64,000 nucleotides of DNA from Balanoglossus misakiensis (GCA_040954595.2 CM082588.2:12289398-12353397); one strand, 5' to 3'. Counted from the first letter of the stretch, positions 23,410 through 38,486 are shown. A program made the numbers and translations. The notes: generated by a model not told the origin, from the letters alone.

Positions 23410-25100
23410 ATCTTCAAAAGCAAATTGAAAGTGTTTTACTGTCAAAAAAGTGTAAATAATGTGTTGCCTGTAAGCCATGATGCATGATCTCCATGCCATT
23501 CAATTTATTAGCGAATTTACTGATTTACTACCCTCCCCCCGAAATACAAACAAAACAAAACAATTATGAATATATGGCTTCTGCAAACACATTATTTAGC
23601 AAATTAAAATCTTATCTGATAAAGTCACTTGAAAAGTTGAAAGACCCTCTTAAATTGAGGAAAAAGAGGAATGTTAAAATGTAAAATAACTGAAAACTGA
23701 ATGTGTATAAAACTTCTTAAAAAGAAGTATATCATTGTAAATAATGTGTTGCCTGTAAGCCATGATGCATGATCTCCATGCCATTCAATTTATGAGCAAA
23801 TTTACTGATTTACTACCCTCCCCCCGAAATACAAACATAACAATTATGAATATATGGCTTCTGCAAACACATTATTTAGCAAATTAAAATCTTATCTGAT
23901 AAAGTCACTTGAAAATGTGAAAGACCCTCTTAAATTAAGGAAAACAAAGAATGTTCAAATGTAAAATAACTGAAAACTAAATGTGTATAAAATAGAGAAA
24001 ACTTCTTGAAAAGAAGTATATCATTGTAAATAATGTGTTGCCTGTAAGCCATGATGCATGATCTCCATGCCATTCAATTTATGAGCAAATTTACTGATTT
24101 ACTACCCTCCCCCCGAAATACAAACAAAATGGCTTCTGCAAACACATTATTTAGCAAATTAAAATCTTATCTGATAAAGTCACTTGAAAATGTGAAAGAC
24201 CCTCTTAAATTAAAGGGAAAAAAGAATTTTCAAATGTAAAATAACTGAAAACTAAATGTGTATAAAATAGAGAAAACTTCTTGAAAAGAAGTATATCATT
24301 GTAAATAATGTGTTGCCTGTAAGCCATGATGCATGATCTCCATGCCATTCAATTTATGAGCAAATTTACTGATTTACTACCCTCCCCCCGAAATACAAAC
24401 AAAATGGCTTCTGCAAACACATTATTTAGCAAATTAAAATCTTATCTGATAAAGTCACTTGAAAATGTGAAAGACCCTCTCAAATTGAGGAAAAAGAGGA
24501 ATGTTAAAATGTAAAATAACTGAAAACTGAATGTGTATAAAACTTCTTAAACAGAAGTATATCATTGTAAATAATGTGTTGCCTGTAAGCCACGATGCAT
24601 GATCTCCATGCCATTCAATTTTTTAGCGAATTTACTGCCCCCCCCCCAAAAAAAATACAATCAAAACAAAACAATTATGAATACATGGCTTCTGCAAACA
24701 CATTATTTATGTTCTTATAAAGGAAATTTTCATCAATAAAATCAAAGGACTGCAAACACTCAGACGATGCATAAATACTTGGCAATGTCAAGCCAAAGCA
24801 AATTACCTCGTCTGATACAGCCATTGGAAAAAAGTTCATTAAAGACCCTCGAACATTGAGGAAAAAGGCTAAAGACGTGCGTTTAAATAACTCAAAACTG
24901 TGTATAAAATAAAGAAAACTCCACAATGTGAAGTTTTTTTATTGTCCACAAAGTTTAAATAATGTGTTGCCTGTAAGCCATGTTGCATAGGCTCAATGCT
25001 ATTCAATTTAAGAGCAAATTCACCAATATATTCCCCCCCCCCCTGCCAAAAAAAAAAACAATTATGCCTATATGGCTACTGCAAACACATTATTTATGTA
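23410..25100. repeat. Tandem array, ~270-290-bp unit, ~5-6 copies, degenerate at the edges
   Basis: aaataatgtgttgcctgtaagcca recurs at ~23454, 23739, 24028, 24303, 24569, 24957. Confidence 0.9.
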
Positions 25101-25859
25101 TTTAAAAAGAAAAAAAATCATCAAAAATCAAAGCACTATAAACCTAGTAATCACACAATGCATATACATGCAACGATGCAAATGCATTAAAAGTGTGATA
25201 TAAAAATACGTAATTATGTCAAGTAAAGGCAAAATCATTAAGGTAATATTAAAGAACCTACTTGTGCACTGAGTCTGTTGATTGGGGCCGTCGTTGTGTG
25301 GGACTCGCTAGCAATGTGGGGAAAATCTATTGATTATCGACAGACTCAGTGGGCAAGACGTGACCATAAAATAGATATACCAACATATCAAACTGTTGAA
25401 TACTACGCAAAAAAAAAAACAACTAATGAAATGATCCCAGGAAACTACACTGGACTTGAAGGATCTATTGCAAGTTTTAGTGGACTTGAAGTATTTATTG
25501 AAATATTTTTCTCATCATGAAATTAAGTTAGTCATGCTAAACTATGGTATTATAAAAACATATTGCAATTGAAACCTTCTCATCTGTTATAGCCATTGGA
25601 AAAATTCATTAAAGACATACCCTAAAAAATAGGAAAAAGAACACAGACAGATAATAAAATCCTAAAAATTTAAAAATGCACACACATACATACCGTATTC
25701 TTTATTTATAATATGGGAAAGTACAACGGAGCAAGCGACAGACGCGCGCGCGCGCGCAAAAACATAAATTGCTTGAAGACGGACTGCAATCTTGGGATTC
25801 TTGGGATCTTGTAGAGAACCAGCTTCATCAGATGACCAAAAACATCCTAGGTGCGGAAA

Positions 25860-26872
25860 GAACACAACCACGGCAAACACAGAGTCCAGAATGTGACGAG
25901 AGAGTAGTCACAGACACCCAAAAATGTGGACAATTCGAATAAGAATTCGAAAACACAACCACGGCAAACACAGAGGCCAGAATGTGACGAGAGAGTAGTC
26001 ACAGACACCAAAAATGTTGACAATTCGAATATGAATTCGAAAACACAACCACGGCAAACACAGAGGCCAAAATGTGATGAGATGTAGTCACAGACACCCA
26101 AAAATGTTGACAATTCGAATAAGAATTCGAAAACACAACCACGGCTAACACAGAGGCCAAAATGTTACGAGATGTAGTCACAGACACCCAAAAATGTTGA
26201 CAATTCGAATATGAATTCGAAAACACAACCACGGCAAACACAGAGGCCAAAATGTGACGAGAGAGTAGTCACAGACACCCAAAAATGTTGACAATTCGAA
26301 TATGAATTCGAAAACACAACCACGGCAAATACAGAGGCCAAAATGTGACGAGAGAGTAGTCACAGACACCCAAAAATGTTGACAATTCGAATAAGAATTC
26401 GAAAACACAACCACGGCCAACACAGAGGCCAGAATGTGACGAGAGAGTGGTCACAGACACCCAAAAATGTTGACAATTCGAATAAAAATTCGAAAACACA
26501 ACCACGGCAAACACAGAGGCCAGAATGTGACAAAAGAGTAGTCACAGACACCCAAAAATGTCAACAATTCGAATAAGAATTCGAAAAAACAACCACGGCA
26601 AACACAGAGGCCAGAATGTGACGAGAGAGTAGTCACAGAAACCCAAAAATGTTGACAATTCGAATATGAATTCGAAAACACAACCACGGCAAACACAGAG
26701 GCCAGAATGTGATGAAAGAGTAGTCACAGACACCCAAAAATGTCGACAATTCGAATACGAATTCGAAAACACAACTACAGCAAACACAGAGGCCAGAATG
26801 TGATGAGAGAGTAGTCACAGACACCCAAAAATGTCGACAATTCGAATAGGAATTTGAAAACACAACACAGAG
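25860..26872. repeat. Tandem array, 90-91-bp unit, ~11 copies
   Basis: aaacacaaccacggcaaacacagaggcca...gtcacagacacccaaaaatgttgacaattcgaata repeated head to tail. Confidence 0.95.
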
Positions 26873-26907
26873 AGTACTCCGAGACATCCAACAATTTTGA
26901 AAATATT

Positions 26908-27212
26908 CATACATGCATACATACATACATACATACAGACAGACAGACATACATACATACAGACAGACAGACATACATACAAGACAGATAGACAGACATA
27001 CATACATACATATATATATATACAATACATACATACATACATACATGCATACACACACACACACACGGGTACATGCAAACATACAACGACACAAATAAAT
27101 ATATAAATAAATGAATGAATGAACGAGTGAATGAATAAATGTATGTATGTATGTATGTATGCATGTATGTATGTATGTATGTATGAATGAATGGATGGAT
27201 GGATGAATGAAT
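26908..27212. repeat. Compound microsatellite (TACA/CAGA/GTAT/GGAT)
   Basis: Direct reading. Confidence 0.9.
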
Positions 27213-28599
27213 GTTCAATACTACAATCATGCCTATATCCAGTGCATTCTGGAAAAATGACTGTCCAAGTTTATAGAGAGAGAGAGAGAGAGCCAGTCAA
27301 ACAATTTTCAATGTTGGTCAACTGTTCATTGTCATATTTGCTTTCTGTATCAATACAGGACTAATGCTGTAAACCCTTTGTATTCTGTTTACCATTCGGC
27401 TTTAATATCTTAACTTGACTTTTTCTTTATATGTGGGTGCAATTATGCTACAAAGCTAAACAGTAAACACCTGAAGGATGCTGTACCCTGTGCAATTAAC
27501 GTAAATTTACACTAAGTGCTTGCTACATGCAATGCTTATTGTGCCTATAGGATTCAACAACCTTCAGGTTATGCTGAATAAATCATGGTGATAATTTAGC
27601 AGTGTTGGCAAACTGAAGTGTACAATTTAGTTTTAACCTACTTAAACCCTCTCTCTCTCTCTGACACAATGACAAAAAATGCTATCAGAATAATACATTT
27701 GTAATACAGATCATATAAATGAGGAAGGGATTGATCAATGTTCAATTTCGTCCTGTGGGAGAAGTTCTATTCTTGGAATGACGATGGAATCAAAGTCAGT
27801 AAAATAAAGTCATCCTGTCCTTGGAAGGAAACTTCTCTGCATCCGATTCACTGGGGCTTCTGCATTCATACATGTATCCTCTTATTGCCTATGCACAGAA
27901 AGACGACATAACACTCACCTTGTATTGATTGATTGATTACAGCAAATAAGAGACATTCAACATTCACACAGAAACGAAAATATGCTCCTGTCAAACACTG
28001 AACATGGGTAAAAAAGGGGCCCAGGATGTGACAACATCTGATCAGGTCACTTCTTGATCACTATGTAATATGGTGGTAGAACACACTTGGGCCCCACTTT
28101 TGTATTTTTGTCTGGCGTGACACTCCCTTAAAACTCTACCAAATGAAGATAAGCCCGCGTCAAAAGAGTGAATTGAAGTCCGCGAAACTACAAGTTAAAG
28201 AATCTGATGTTTTTCATCAGGCAATGAACTGGTTGAATGCATATTGGAAGAGAAAGCAATAGGATGAATTGGACATCAGTTACAGTATTCCGAGTATGCC
28301 GTTGACTCCTCTCTCTGTACAGTGATTATGAATAAGTGGAAAGACCAGCTCTGGGCATAAATGCTATAAAATCAGACCCAGTTCATCATGCATTGCTGGA
28401 TGAATATTTATCCCGACTGGAGCACACAGTATATACCGACCATGTGCACTTCCAGTGTTTTTATATAATATGGATGTGTATAGGAGCATTTAAGGGGGTG
28501 GGGTGGGGGGGTTTGCTATCAAGTAGGGGGGGGGCTTGCTATCAAGTAAAATGAAGGAATGCATCGACTTTTATTATCAGTGGCCCGTAAGGTTAATGC

Positions 28600-29625
28600 T
28601 ATGTTACCTTTGAAGTGCTTGGCGGCTATACCGGTACAAGCATGCACAGATTTATGTTGATAGACGTTACTCATCACAGGGACCAGTGACTGTTATCTGC
28701 AAAAATGAAAAATATGCCAATAAGTATTTCTGTGTCAAACAGCACGGCAAAATGTATCTATGGACAGAGATGATCTCCTGTCTTCATGAACAATACAATA
28801 CGTTGTACAGGGGCCTCCAAATGAGAAATTAAATTCTATGCTGTCATCCATGGCGTCTAGGAAATCTTTAAGAGAATAAGAATTATCTTATGTTACCCTC
28901 AGACACCACTTGGCTGCAATACAGGCATGTACACACATCCAGTTAGACAGATCAATGTTGATCACCAGAGAGAAACCATTATCTGCAAAAATGGAAAATA
29001 TGACAAAGTATTTTAGTGTAAAAAAACATGACAGTAAAATGTGTGGACAGATGATCTCCTGGATGGACAATACAATAAGTCACACACTGACCTCCAAAAT
29101 GAGCAATTAAATTATATACATTCATCTATGGGGTCTAGGAAATCTTTAGGAGAAAAATAATTATCTTATATGTTACCCTCAGACACCAATTGGCTGCAAT
29201 ACAGGCATGTACACACATCCAGTTCAACAGATCAATGTTGATCACCAGAGAGAAACTATTATCTACAAAAATGGAAAATATGACAAAGTATTTTAGTGTC
29301 AAAAAATAAGGCAGTAAAGTGTAAGGATAATCTCCTGGATGGACAATACAATAAGTCACACACTGCCCTCCAAAATGAGCAATTCAATTCTATGCTATCA
29401 TCTATGGGGTAAAGGAAATCTTAGAAGAACAATAATTATCTTATGTTACCCTTGCAAACTACTGTACTGCTTTACAGGCTTGAATATACATCTAGTTTGG
29501 CAGATTTTGATCAACAGCTAGATACCCCTTTCTGCAAAAAATGGAAAATATGCCAATAAGTATTTCTGTGTCAAACAACATAATGGTAAAATATATCTAT
29601 GGACAGAGATGATCTCCTGTCTTCA
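28600..29625. repeat. Diverged tandem array, ~278-bp unit, ~3.5 copies
   Basis: aggaaatctt...ttatcttatgttaccct at ~28860, 29137, 29413. Confidence 0.8.
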
Positions 29626-29659
29626 TGAATGTAATGTACTTCAATGGCTGGTTACTGAA

Positions 29660-31200
29660 ATTTAATTTGCATACTCACACCACAGGAATAATGTTACCTG
29701 GTTACCAACTTGGCATCTGGACAGGAGGATATTGGGCATTATGGAAATCTGAAACTAATGAGAAAAAATTGTGTAAATATACAATTATAGCTGACTGCTA
29801 TGAACTTCAACTTGGCTCCAATCCATAATTATTTCTCGTTGGGTGCTCAGTTGTTTCTGGTTCAAAGGCGACTAGTGCAAAGTGTCCAGGAAAACACAAG
29901 AGACACGGAGATGTCACATGACTGCAAGCCATGAGCCATTATTTTGCATACTCACACCATAGGAATCATGTTACCTGGTTACCAACTTGGCATCTGGACA
30001 GGAGTATATTAGGCATCATGGAAATCTGAAACTAATGAGAAAAAATTGTGTAAATAGACAATTATAACTGACTGCTATGAACTTCAACTTGGCTCCAATC
30101 CATAATTATTTCTCGTTGGGTGCTCAGTTGTTTCTGGTTCAAAGGCGACTAGTGCAAAGTGTCCAGGAAAACACATGAGACACGGAGATGTCACATGACT
30201 GCAAGCCATGAGCCATTTATTTGCATACTCACACCATAGGAATCATGTTACCTGGTTACCAACTTGGCATCTGGACAGGAGGATATTGGGCATCATGGTA
30301 ATCTGAAACTAATGAGAAAATTTGTGTAAATAGACAATTATAACTGACTGCTATGAACTTCAACTTGGCTCCAATCTATAATTATTTCTCGTTGGGTGCT
30401 CAGTCGTTTCTAGTTTCAAGGCGACTAGGGCAAAGTGTCAAGGAAATCACAAGAGACACTAAGATGTCACATGACTGCAAGCCATGTACCATTAATTTGC
30501 ATATACTCACACCATAGGAATCATGTTACCTGGTTACCAACTTGGCATCTGGACAGGAGGATATTGGGCATCATGGAAATCTGAAACTAATGAGAAAAAT
30601 TGTGTAAATAGACAATTAAAACTGACTGCTATGAACTTCAACTTGGCTCCAATTCATAATTATTTCTCGTTGGTTGCTCAGTTGTTTCTGGTTTCAAGGC
30701 GACTAGGGCAAAGTGTCCAGGAAATCACATGAGACACGGAGATGTCACATGACTGCAAGCCATGAGCCATTATTTTGCATACTCACACCACAGGAATCAT
30801 GTTACCTGGTTACCAACTTGGCATCTGGACAGGAGGATATTGGGCATCATGGAAATCTGAAACTAATGAGAAAAAAATGTGTAAATAGACAATTTAAACT
30901 GACTGCTATGAACTTCAACTTTTCTCCAATTCATAATTATTTCTCGTTGGGTGCTCAGTTGTTTCTGGTTTCAAGGTGACTAGGGCAAAGTGTCCAGGAA
31001 ATCACAAGAGACACGGAGATGTCACATGACTGCAAGCCATGAGCCATTAATTTGCATACTCACACCATAGGAATCATGTTACCTGGTTACCAACTTGGCA
31101 TCTGGACAGGAGGATATTGGGCATCATGGAAATCTGAAACTAATGAGAAAAAATGTGTAAATAGACAATTATAACTAACTGCTATGAACTCCAACTTGGC
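29660..31200. repeat. Homogeneous tandem array, ~277-279-bp unit, ~5.5 copies
   Basis: ttgcatactcacacca...atgttacctggttaccaacttggcatctggacagg at ~29667, 29944, 30221, 30496, 30775, 31052. Confidence 0.95.
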
Positions 31201-31807
31201 TGCTAACAATCCCCAACACCTGCAACAAATAATAAATAGTAAATATTAATTTATTATCATAGACTGGTTGAGTTTAATGTTACCTATGGTACACTTACAT
31301 TGTATTTTCCCTTTTAATCTGGTGGGTAGTTAGCTATCTGATGTACATTAACCATTGTAAAACTCTAGGATCTGATAAACTTATTTATTTATCCAATAGA
31401 CTTACAAAATGTGAAAATATTTCTATTTCTATGGGAGAAACATGGACCGGTACTCAGTCAACTAATAATTATGGGGGAATAAAATTTCAACAAATTTAAA
31501 ATTATTCCTGTAATTATCACCTGTCTATATTATGTACATTGTAATTGCTAAACTATACCATTCACTGGGTTTAGCTCCTTACTGGAAAATTGCCATTACA
31601 ATTTATGCCCAGTTGTGGGTTTAAGAAAAATACACAGTGATAAAAACTGCAAAATTATTAATGGAGTTTTCAAAAGTTATTCCCTAAAATCATCAGACAT
31701 AAGTACTAAATTATCACTTAAAGCTAAGCCTACTAATCAATACAAATTCAGCAGAATATTTAAGCTCCACAGCTGAGGGTTAATGAGAAAACAACACATT
31801 TCTTATT

Positions 31808-31985
31808 TATCATTATCATCATCATCATCATCATAATCATCATCATCATCACCATCATTGCCATCATCATCACCATCATCATCACCATCACAACCGTCAT
31901 CAACATCAGTACAACCATCAATGCCATCACCATAACAACTAGCAATAATAATTAACATCAAAACTGCCAACACCATCACCAACAT
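31808..31985. repeat. (ATC/ACC)n microsatellite
   Basis: Direct reading. Confidence 0.85.
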
Positions 31986-32504
31986 TAACAGGAATAAAAT
32001 CAAAATGTTGAATGACCCATGAAAATCAGAAACTGTCAACCAACAGCATTCTACAAAGTCACTAGTTTATTAATCTAGCTGAGGTAATTGTATTATACTC
32101 TAAAATATTATAGGTTTATTATTATCAGTTTGTAAATTTTTAAGTCTAAGAATATTATAATATTAAAATTTCAAATGGCAATTTTTTATACGCATAGCTG
32201 ACATTATACACCAGTAATTCTGAATGTTCATTTACTAAATTATTGCAATTTCCAAAACAGCCATGTTATGTAAATTATTTTCCAATTTTCAAACGAGTGC
32301 TAACTTCACTGATGAAAAGGGGGAATTTAGACAAAGAGCTGTTGGTGAAACTGACTGGATGGTATTAAAACACAATTAAATACAGATCTGGAACATAAAT
32401 GTTATACAATGCAATGTTAAATCATATTATTTAATCTGGAAAGAAATCATGCATTTGCGACAAATCAATTGTGATCACAATTACCGGTTCAATGCAAACA
32501 CTGT

Positions 32505-35500
32505 CTGGAAGTTTTCATATCAAGCTACAGTACCTGAAACAAAAATTTGTAATCACTGACACCCCCATCATTATGAATCGCTGACACCCCCACCCCCATC
32601 ATTATGAACACCTTGGTTCACACAGGTTATTTGTTTACGATTGTGAAACACTGTTCACTTAAGAACACAAGCATAGTCAACTTATTAACGATAAAACACA
32701 TTATGGTGCAGCATTTTAATACTGCAGATTAGTTGAAGGTTTTCATATCAAGCTACAGTACCTGAAACAAAAAATAGTAATCACTGACACCCTCCACCCC
32801 TGACAACCCCCACCCCCGATCATTACCAATTAGAACACCATGGATTCACACAGGTTGTTTGTTTACGATTGTGAAACACTGTTCACTTAAAGGCGGAACT
32901 CCCGTATAAAAGCGCGAGAGCACGCGAGAGTTGGCATAATGGTGGGAGATTCAAACTCACTAACAACAGAACGGACGTTGTCCATAAAAGACAGTAAATT
33001 TAGGTCTACCGATGATTTTTTTGTCTCTAAATTAAGAAAGGAGTGCATGAGTTTATTCAGCACAACATCCGCGGTTTCTGGTGCAATACAATTTGAAAAT
33101 ACTTTCGAAAACCGAAGATGAAATCAGTTTGTCCCCAAGATATGACCGGTATATCGGTACGATGTTCAGTTTGAATCTGCGTGATTGACATATTATGCAA
33201 ATCAAAATTGGGCACCATTGATACATTTTGGCGTTGATTGCAAAGTGTGCGTGACCTGAAAATGGGGATATGATCATACCAAATTTATCACACATGAACA
33301 TGCACACATCCATAAAATCGGTAGTTCTCTTCTTGGAAATTGTGTTGGTCCTGAAAAGGACCGTTTGTATTTGTGCACCAACCGTACAAAGTGAAGAGGG
33401 GAAAGCCTCATCAGTGCCATATTCATGCCCAACGTAAGAAACACCGGGTAAATTCGGGTAGAGACCACGGACTAGCCAAGACTGCCTATGTGTGGTAACA
33501 CATGGCGAACAAAAACAAAATTCACAGGAGTTGACCGAATCTCCGGAAGCCGATGTGCTCATGGACACGGTGTTTACTTCGACGGCTGCTGCATCCGATA
33601 GACCGGCAGTGTCCCCCGCATCAAACTCGCCGGTAGCCGATACCACGCACGGTACTAACCCCCGCGGTCGCAGCAGGTGAACTTATGTGCCCCCGCCGGT
33701 CGATGACCGAAAGCTCGGCAGAGAAAATTGCCAGTCTCTCTCCTGCTCTTCAGTGACCGCTATCTTGATAATTCGTGTCGACATGATAGATTCAGCTGAC
33801 AACACGTTCCGCGGGTACGTAAGAACTAGCTGGATCGCGTGGGTATAGAAATGTGTTTGCTTTTGGCGGGCGCGGGATGCCCATTTGAGGTCAATTGTTG
33901 TAACAATATATAGTGGCGTCAGAGCTTTAGCCACGCCCACATTTTATTGATTTTTGCTCGGTAGGGCCCTACCGAGCGTTCCGCCTTTAATTAACACAAG
34001 CATAGTAAAATTATTAATGATAAAACACATCATGGTGCAGCAATTTAATACTGTAGATTAGTTCAAGGTTTTCATATCAAGCTACAGTACCTGAAACAAA
34101 AAATTGTAATCACTGACACCCTCCACCCCTGACAACCCCCACACCCGATCATTACCAATTAGAACACATTGGTTTCACGTTGGTTGCTTGTTTACGATCG
34201 TGAAACACTGTTCACTTAATTAACACAAGCATAGTAGAATTATTAATGATAAAACACATCATGGTGCAGCAATTTAATACTGTAGATTAGTTCAAAGTTT
34301 TCAAATCAAGCTACAGTACCTGAAACAAAAATTTGTAATCACTGACACCCCCCTCCCCTGACACCCACCCCCCCACCCCCGATCAGGATGAACACATTGG
34401 TTCACACAGGTTGTTTGTTTACGATTGCAAAACACTGTTTACTTAATAACACAAGCATAGTAAAATTATTAATGATTATAAAACACATCATGGTGCAGCA
34501 TTTTATTAATACTGCAGGTTAGTTCAAAGTTTTCAAATCAAGCTACAGTACCTGAAACAAAAATTTGTAATCACTGACACCCCCCTCCCCTGACACCCCC
34601 CCCACCCCCGATCAGGATGAACACATTGGTTCACACAGGTTGTTTGTTTACGATTGTGAAACACTGTTCACTTAAGAACACAAGCATAGTCAAATTATTA
34701 ATGATAAAACACATTATGGTGCAGCATTTTAATACTGCAGATTAGTTCAAGGTTTTCATATCAAGCTACAGTACCTGAAACAAAAATTTATTATGGCTGA
34801 CACCCCCCTCCCCCCATCATTATCAATTTGAACACTTGGTTTCACACAGGTTGTTTGTTTACAATTGTGAAACACTGTTCACTTAATTAACACAAGCATA
34901 GTAAAATTTTTAATGATAAAACACATCATGGTTCAGCATTTAATACTGCAGATTAGTTTCAAGGTTTTCATATCAAGCTACAGTACCTGAAACAAAAATT
35001 TGTAATCACAGACACCCCCCACCCCTGACAACCCAACCCCGATCATTACCAATTAGAACACATTGGTTTCACACAGATTGTTTGTTTATGATCGTGAAAC
35101 ACTGTTTACTTAATAACACAAGCATAGCAAAATTATTAATGATAAAACTCATCATAGTGCAGCAATTTAATACTGCAGATTAGTTCAAGGTTTTCACATC
35201 AAGCTACAGTACCTGAAACAAAAAATTGTAATCAGTTACACCCCCCAACCCTGACACCCCCCACACCCGATCATTACCAATTAGAACACCTTGGTTTCAC
35301 GTTGGTTGCTTGTTTACGATCGTGAAACACTGTTCACTTAATTAACACAAGCATAGTAAAATTTTTAATGATAAAACACATCATGGTTCAGCATTTAATA
35401 CTGCAGATTAGTTTCAAGGTTTTCATATCAAGCTACAGTACCTGAAACAAAAATTTGTAATCACAGACACCCCCCACCCCTGACAACCCAACCCCGATCA

Positions 35501-38300
35501 TTACCAATTAGAACACATTGGTTTCACACAGATTGTTTGTTTATGATCGTGAAACACTGTTTACTTAATAACACAAGCATAGCAAAATTATTAATGATAA
35601 AACTCATCATAGTGCAGCAATTTAATACTGCAGATTAGTTCAAGGTTTTCACATCAAGCTACAGTACCTGAAACAAAAAATTGTAATCAGTTACACCCCC
35701 CAACCCTGACACCCCCCACACCCGATCATTACCAATTAGAACACCTTGGTTTCACGTTGGTTGCTTGTTTACGATCGTGAAACACTGTTCACTTAATTAA
35801 CACAAGCATAGTAGATTTATTAATGATAAAACACATCATGGTGCAGAAATTTAATACTGCAGATTAGTTCAAAGTTTTCATATCAAGCTACAGTACCTGA
35901 AACAAAAAATTTGTAATCACTGACACCCCTCACCCCTGACAACCCCACCCCAATCATTACCAATTAGAACACATTGGTTTCACACAGATTGTTTGTTTAT
36001 GATCGTGAAACACTGTTTACTTAATAACACAAGCATGGCAAAATTATTAATGATAAAACACATCATGGTGCAGCAATTTAATACTGCAGATTAGTTCAAA
36101 GTTTTCATATCAAGCTACAGTACCTGAAACAAAAATTTGTAATCACTGACACCCCCCACCCCTGACAACCCCCACCCCCGATCATTACCAATTAGAACAC
36201 ATTGGTTTCACACGGATTGTTTGTTTACGATTATGAAACACTGTTTACGTAATAACACAAGCATAGTATAATTATTAATGATTATAAAACACATCATGGT
36301 GCAGCATTTTATTAATACTGCAGGTTAGTTCAAAGTTTTCATATCAAGCTACAGTACCTGAAACAAAAAGTTGTAATCGCTGACACCCCCCACCCCTGAC
36401 ACCCCTCATCATTATCAATTAGAACACTTGGCTTCACACTGGTTGTTTGTTTACGATTGTGAAAGACTGTTCGCTTAATATGGTGCAGCATTTTAATACT
36501 GCAGGTTAGTTTAAAGTTTTCATATCAAGCTACAGTACCTGACACAAAAATTTGTGATCACTGACATCCCCCTCCCCCCATCATTATCAATTAGAACACT
36601 TGGTTTCACACAGGTTGTTTGTTTACGATTGTGAAACACTGTTCACTTAATATGGTGCAGCATTTTAATACTGCAGGTTAGTTTAAAGTTTTCATATCAA
36701 GCTACAGTACCTGACACAAAAATGTGTGATCACTGACATCCCCCTCCCCCCATCATTATCAATTAGAACACTTGGTTTCACACAGGTTGTTTGTTTACGA
36801 TTGTGAAACACTGTTCACTAAATATGGTGCAGCATTTTAATACTGCAAGTTAGTTCAAAGTTTTCATATCAAGCCACAGTACCTGAAACAAAAATTTGTA
36901 ATCACTGACACCCCCCTCCCCTGAGACCCCCCAACCCCGATCATGATGAACACCTTGGTTCACACAGGTTGTTTGTTTACGATTGTGAAACACTGTTCAC
37001 TTAAGAACACAAGCATAGTCAACTTATTAATGATAAAACACATTATGGTGCAGCATTTTAATACTGCAGATTAGTTGAAGGTTTTCATATCAAGCTACAG
37101 TACCTGAAACAAAAAATTGTAATCACTGACACCCTCCACCCCTGACAACCCCCACCCCTGATCATTACCAATTAGAACACCATGGATTCACACAGGTTGT
37201 TTGTTTACGATTGTGAAACACTGTTCACTTAATTAACACAAGCATAGTAAAATTATTAATGATAAAACACATCATGGTGCAGCAATTTAATACTGTAGAT
37301 TAGTTCAAGGTTTTCATATCAAGCTACAGTACCTGAAACAAAAAATTGTAATCACTGACACCCTCCACCCCTGACAACCCCCACACCCGATCATTACCAA
37401 TTTGAACACATTGGTTTCACGTTGGTTGCTTGTTTACGATCGTGAAACACTGTTCACTTAATTAACACAAGCATAGTAGAATTATTAATGATAAAACACA
37501 TCATGGTGCAGCAATTTAATACTGTAGATTAGTTCAAAGTTTTCATATTAAGCTACAGTACCTGAATCAAAAATTTGTAATCACTGACACCCCCCCCCCA
37601 CACCCGATCATTACCAATTAGAACACATTGGTTTCACACAGATTGTTTGTTTATGATCGTGAAACACTGTTTACTTAATAACACAAGCATAGCAAAATTA
37701 TTAATGATAAAACACATCATGGTGCAGCAATTTAATACTGCACATTAGTTCAAAGTTGTCATATCAAGCTACAGTACCTGAAACAAAAATTTGTAATCGC
37801 TGACACCCCCCACCCCTGACAACCCCCACCCCCGATCATTACCACACTGGCTGTTTGTTTACGATTGTGAAATACTGTTCACTTAATAACACAAGCTTGG
37901 TAAAATTATTAATGAAATTAATCACATCATGGTGCAGCATTTTAATACTGCAGGTTAGTTCAAAGTTTTCATATCAAGCTACAGTACCTGAAACAACAAT
38001 TTGTAATCGCTGACACCCCCTACCCCATTATTATGAACACATCGGTTCACACAGGTTGTTTGTTTACGATTGTGAAACACTGTTCACTTAAGAACACATG
38101 CTTGATAAAATTATTAATGAAATTAATCACATCATGGTGCAGCATTTTAATACTGCAGGTTAGTTTAAAGTTCTCATATCAAGCTACAGTACCTGACACA
38201 AAAATTTGTAATCACTGACAACCCCCTTCCCCCATCATTATCAATAAGAACACCTTGGTTTCACACAGGTTGTTTGTTTACAATAGTGAAACACTGTTCA
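32505..38300. repeat. Satellite array, ~225-230-bp unit (172-182-bp deletion variants at ~36350-36870), ~21-22 copies, interrupted by a Kolobok-type insertion
   Basis: aagctacagtacctgaaacaaaaa recurs throughout. Confidence 0.95.
32887..33990 (-). mobile_element. 1.1-kb Kolobok-type element with a remnant Cys-rich ORF, inserted at a TTAA of the satellite
   Basis: ttaa-aggcggaac ... gttccgcct-ttaa; removing it restores the satellite cactgttcacttaattaacacaagc; ORF with CEFCFCSPCVT and VRGLYPNLPGVSYVGH. Confidence 0.8.
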
Positions 38301-38486
38301 TGTTATAACACCACCAATTCCATAGTGTAATATTATTAACTAGTTTGATAAATCAGAAACTTCTGAGTGCGTGGTTACTTATACGGTATTTCATGTTTGA
38401 GAGTGCAAGGTTATGACATCCCCAAATCTGACTGGCAAGGTCAGAATGGGAACACCCACATGTGTGCAAGTTTTAATAAAATACAC

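Noticed and set aside
25860-26872. CRISPR-like array
   Set aside because: Whole units repeat with no unique spacers and no cas genes; ordinary tandem repeat.
27720-27920. Possible minus-strand exon
   Set aside because: Short frames with stops and no recognisable motif.
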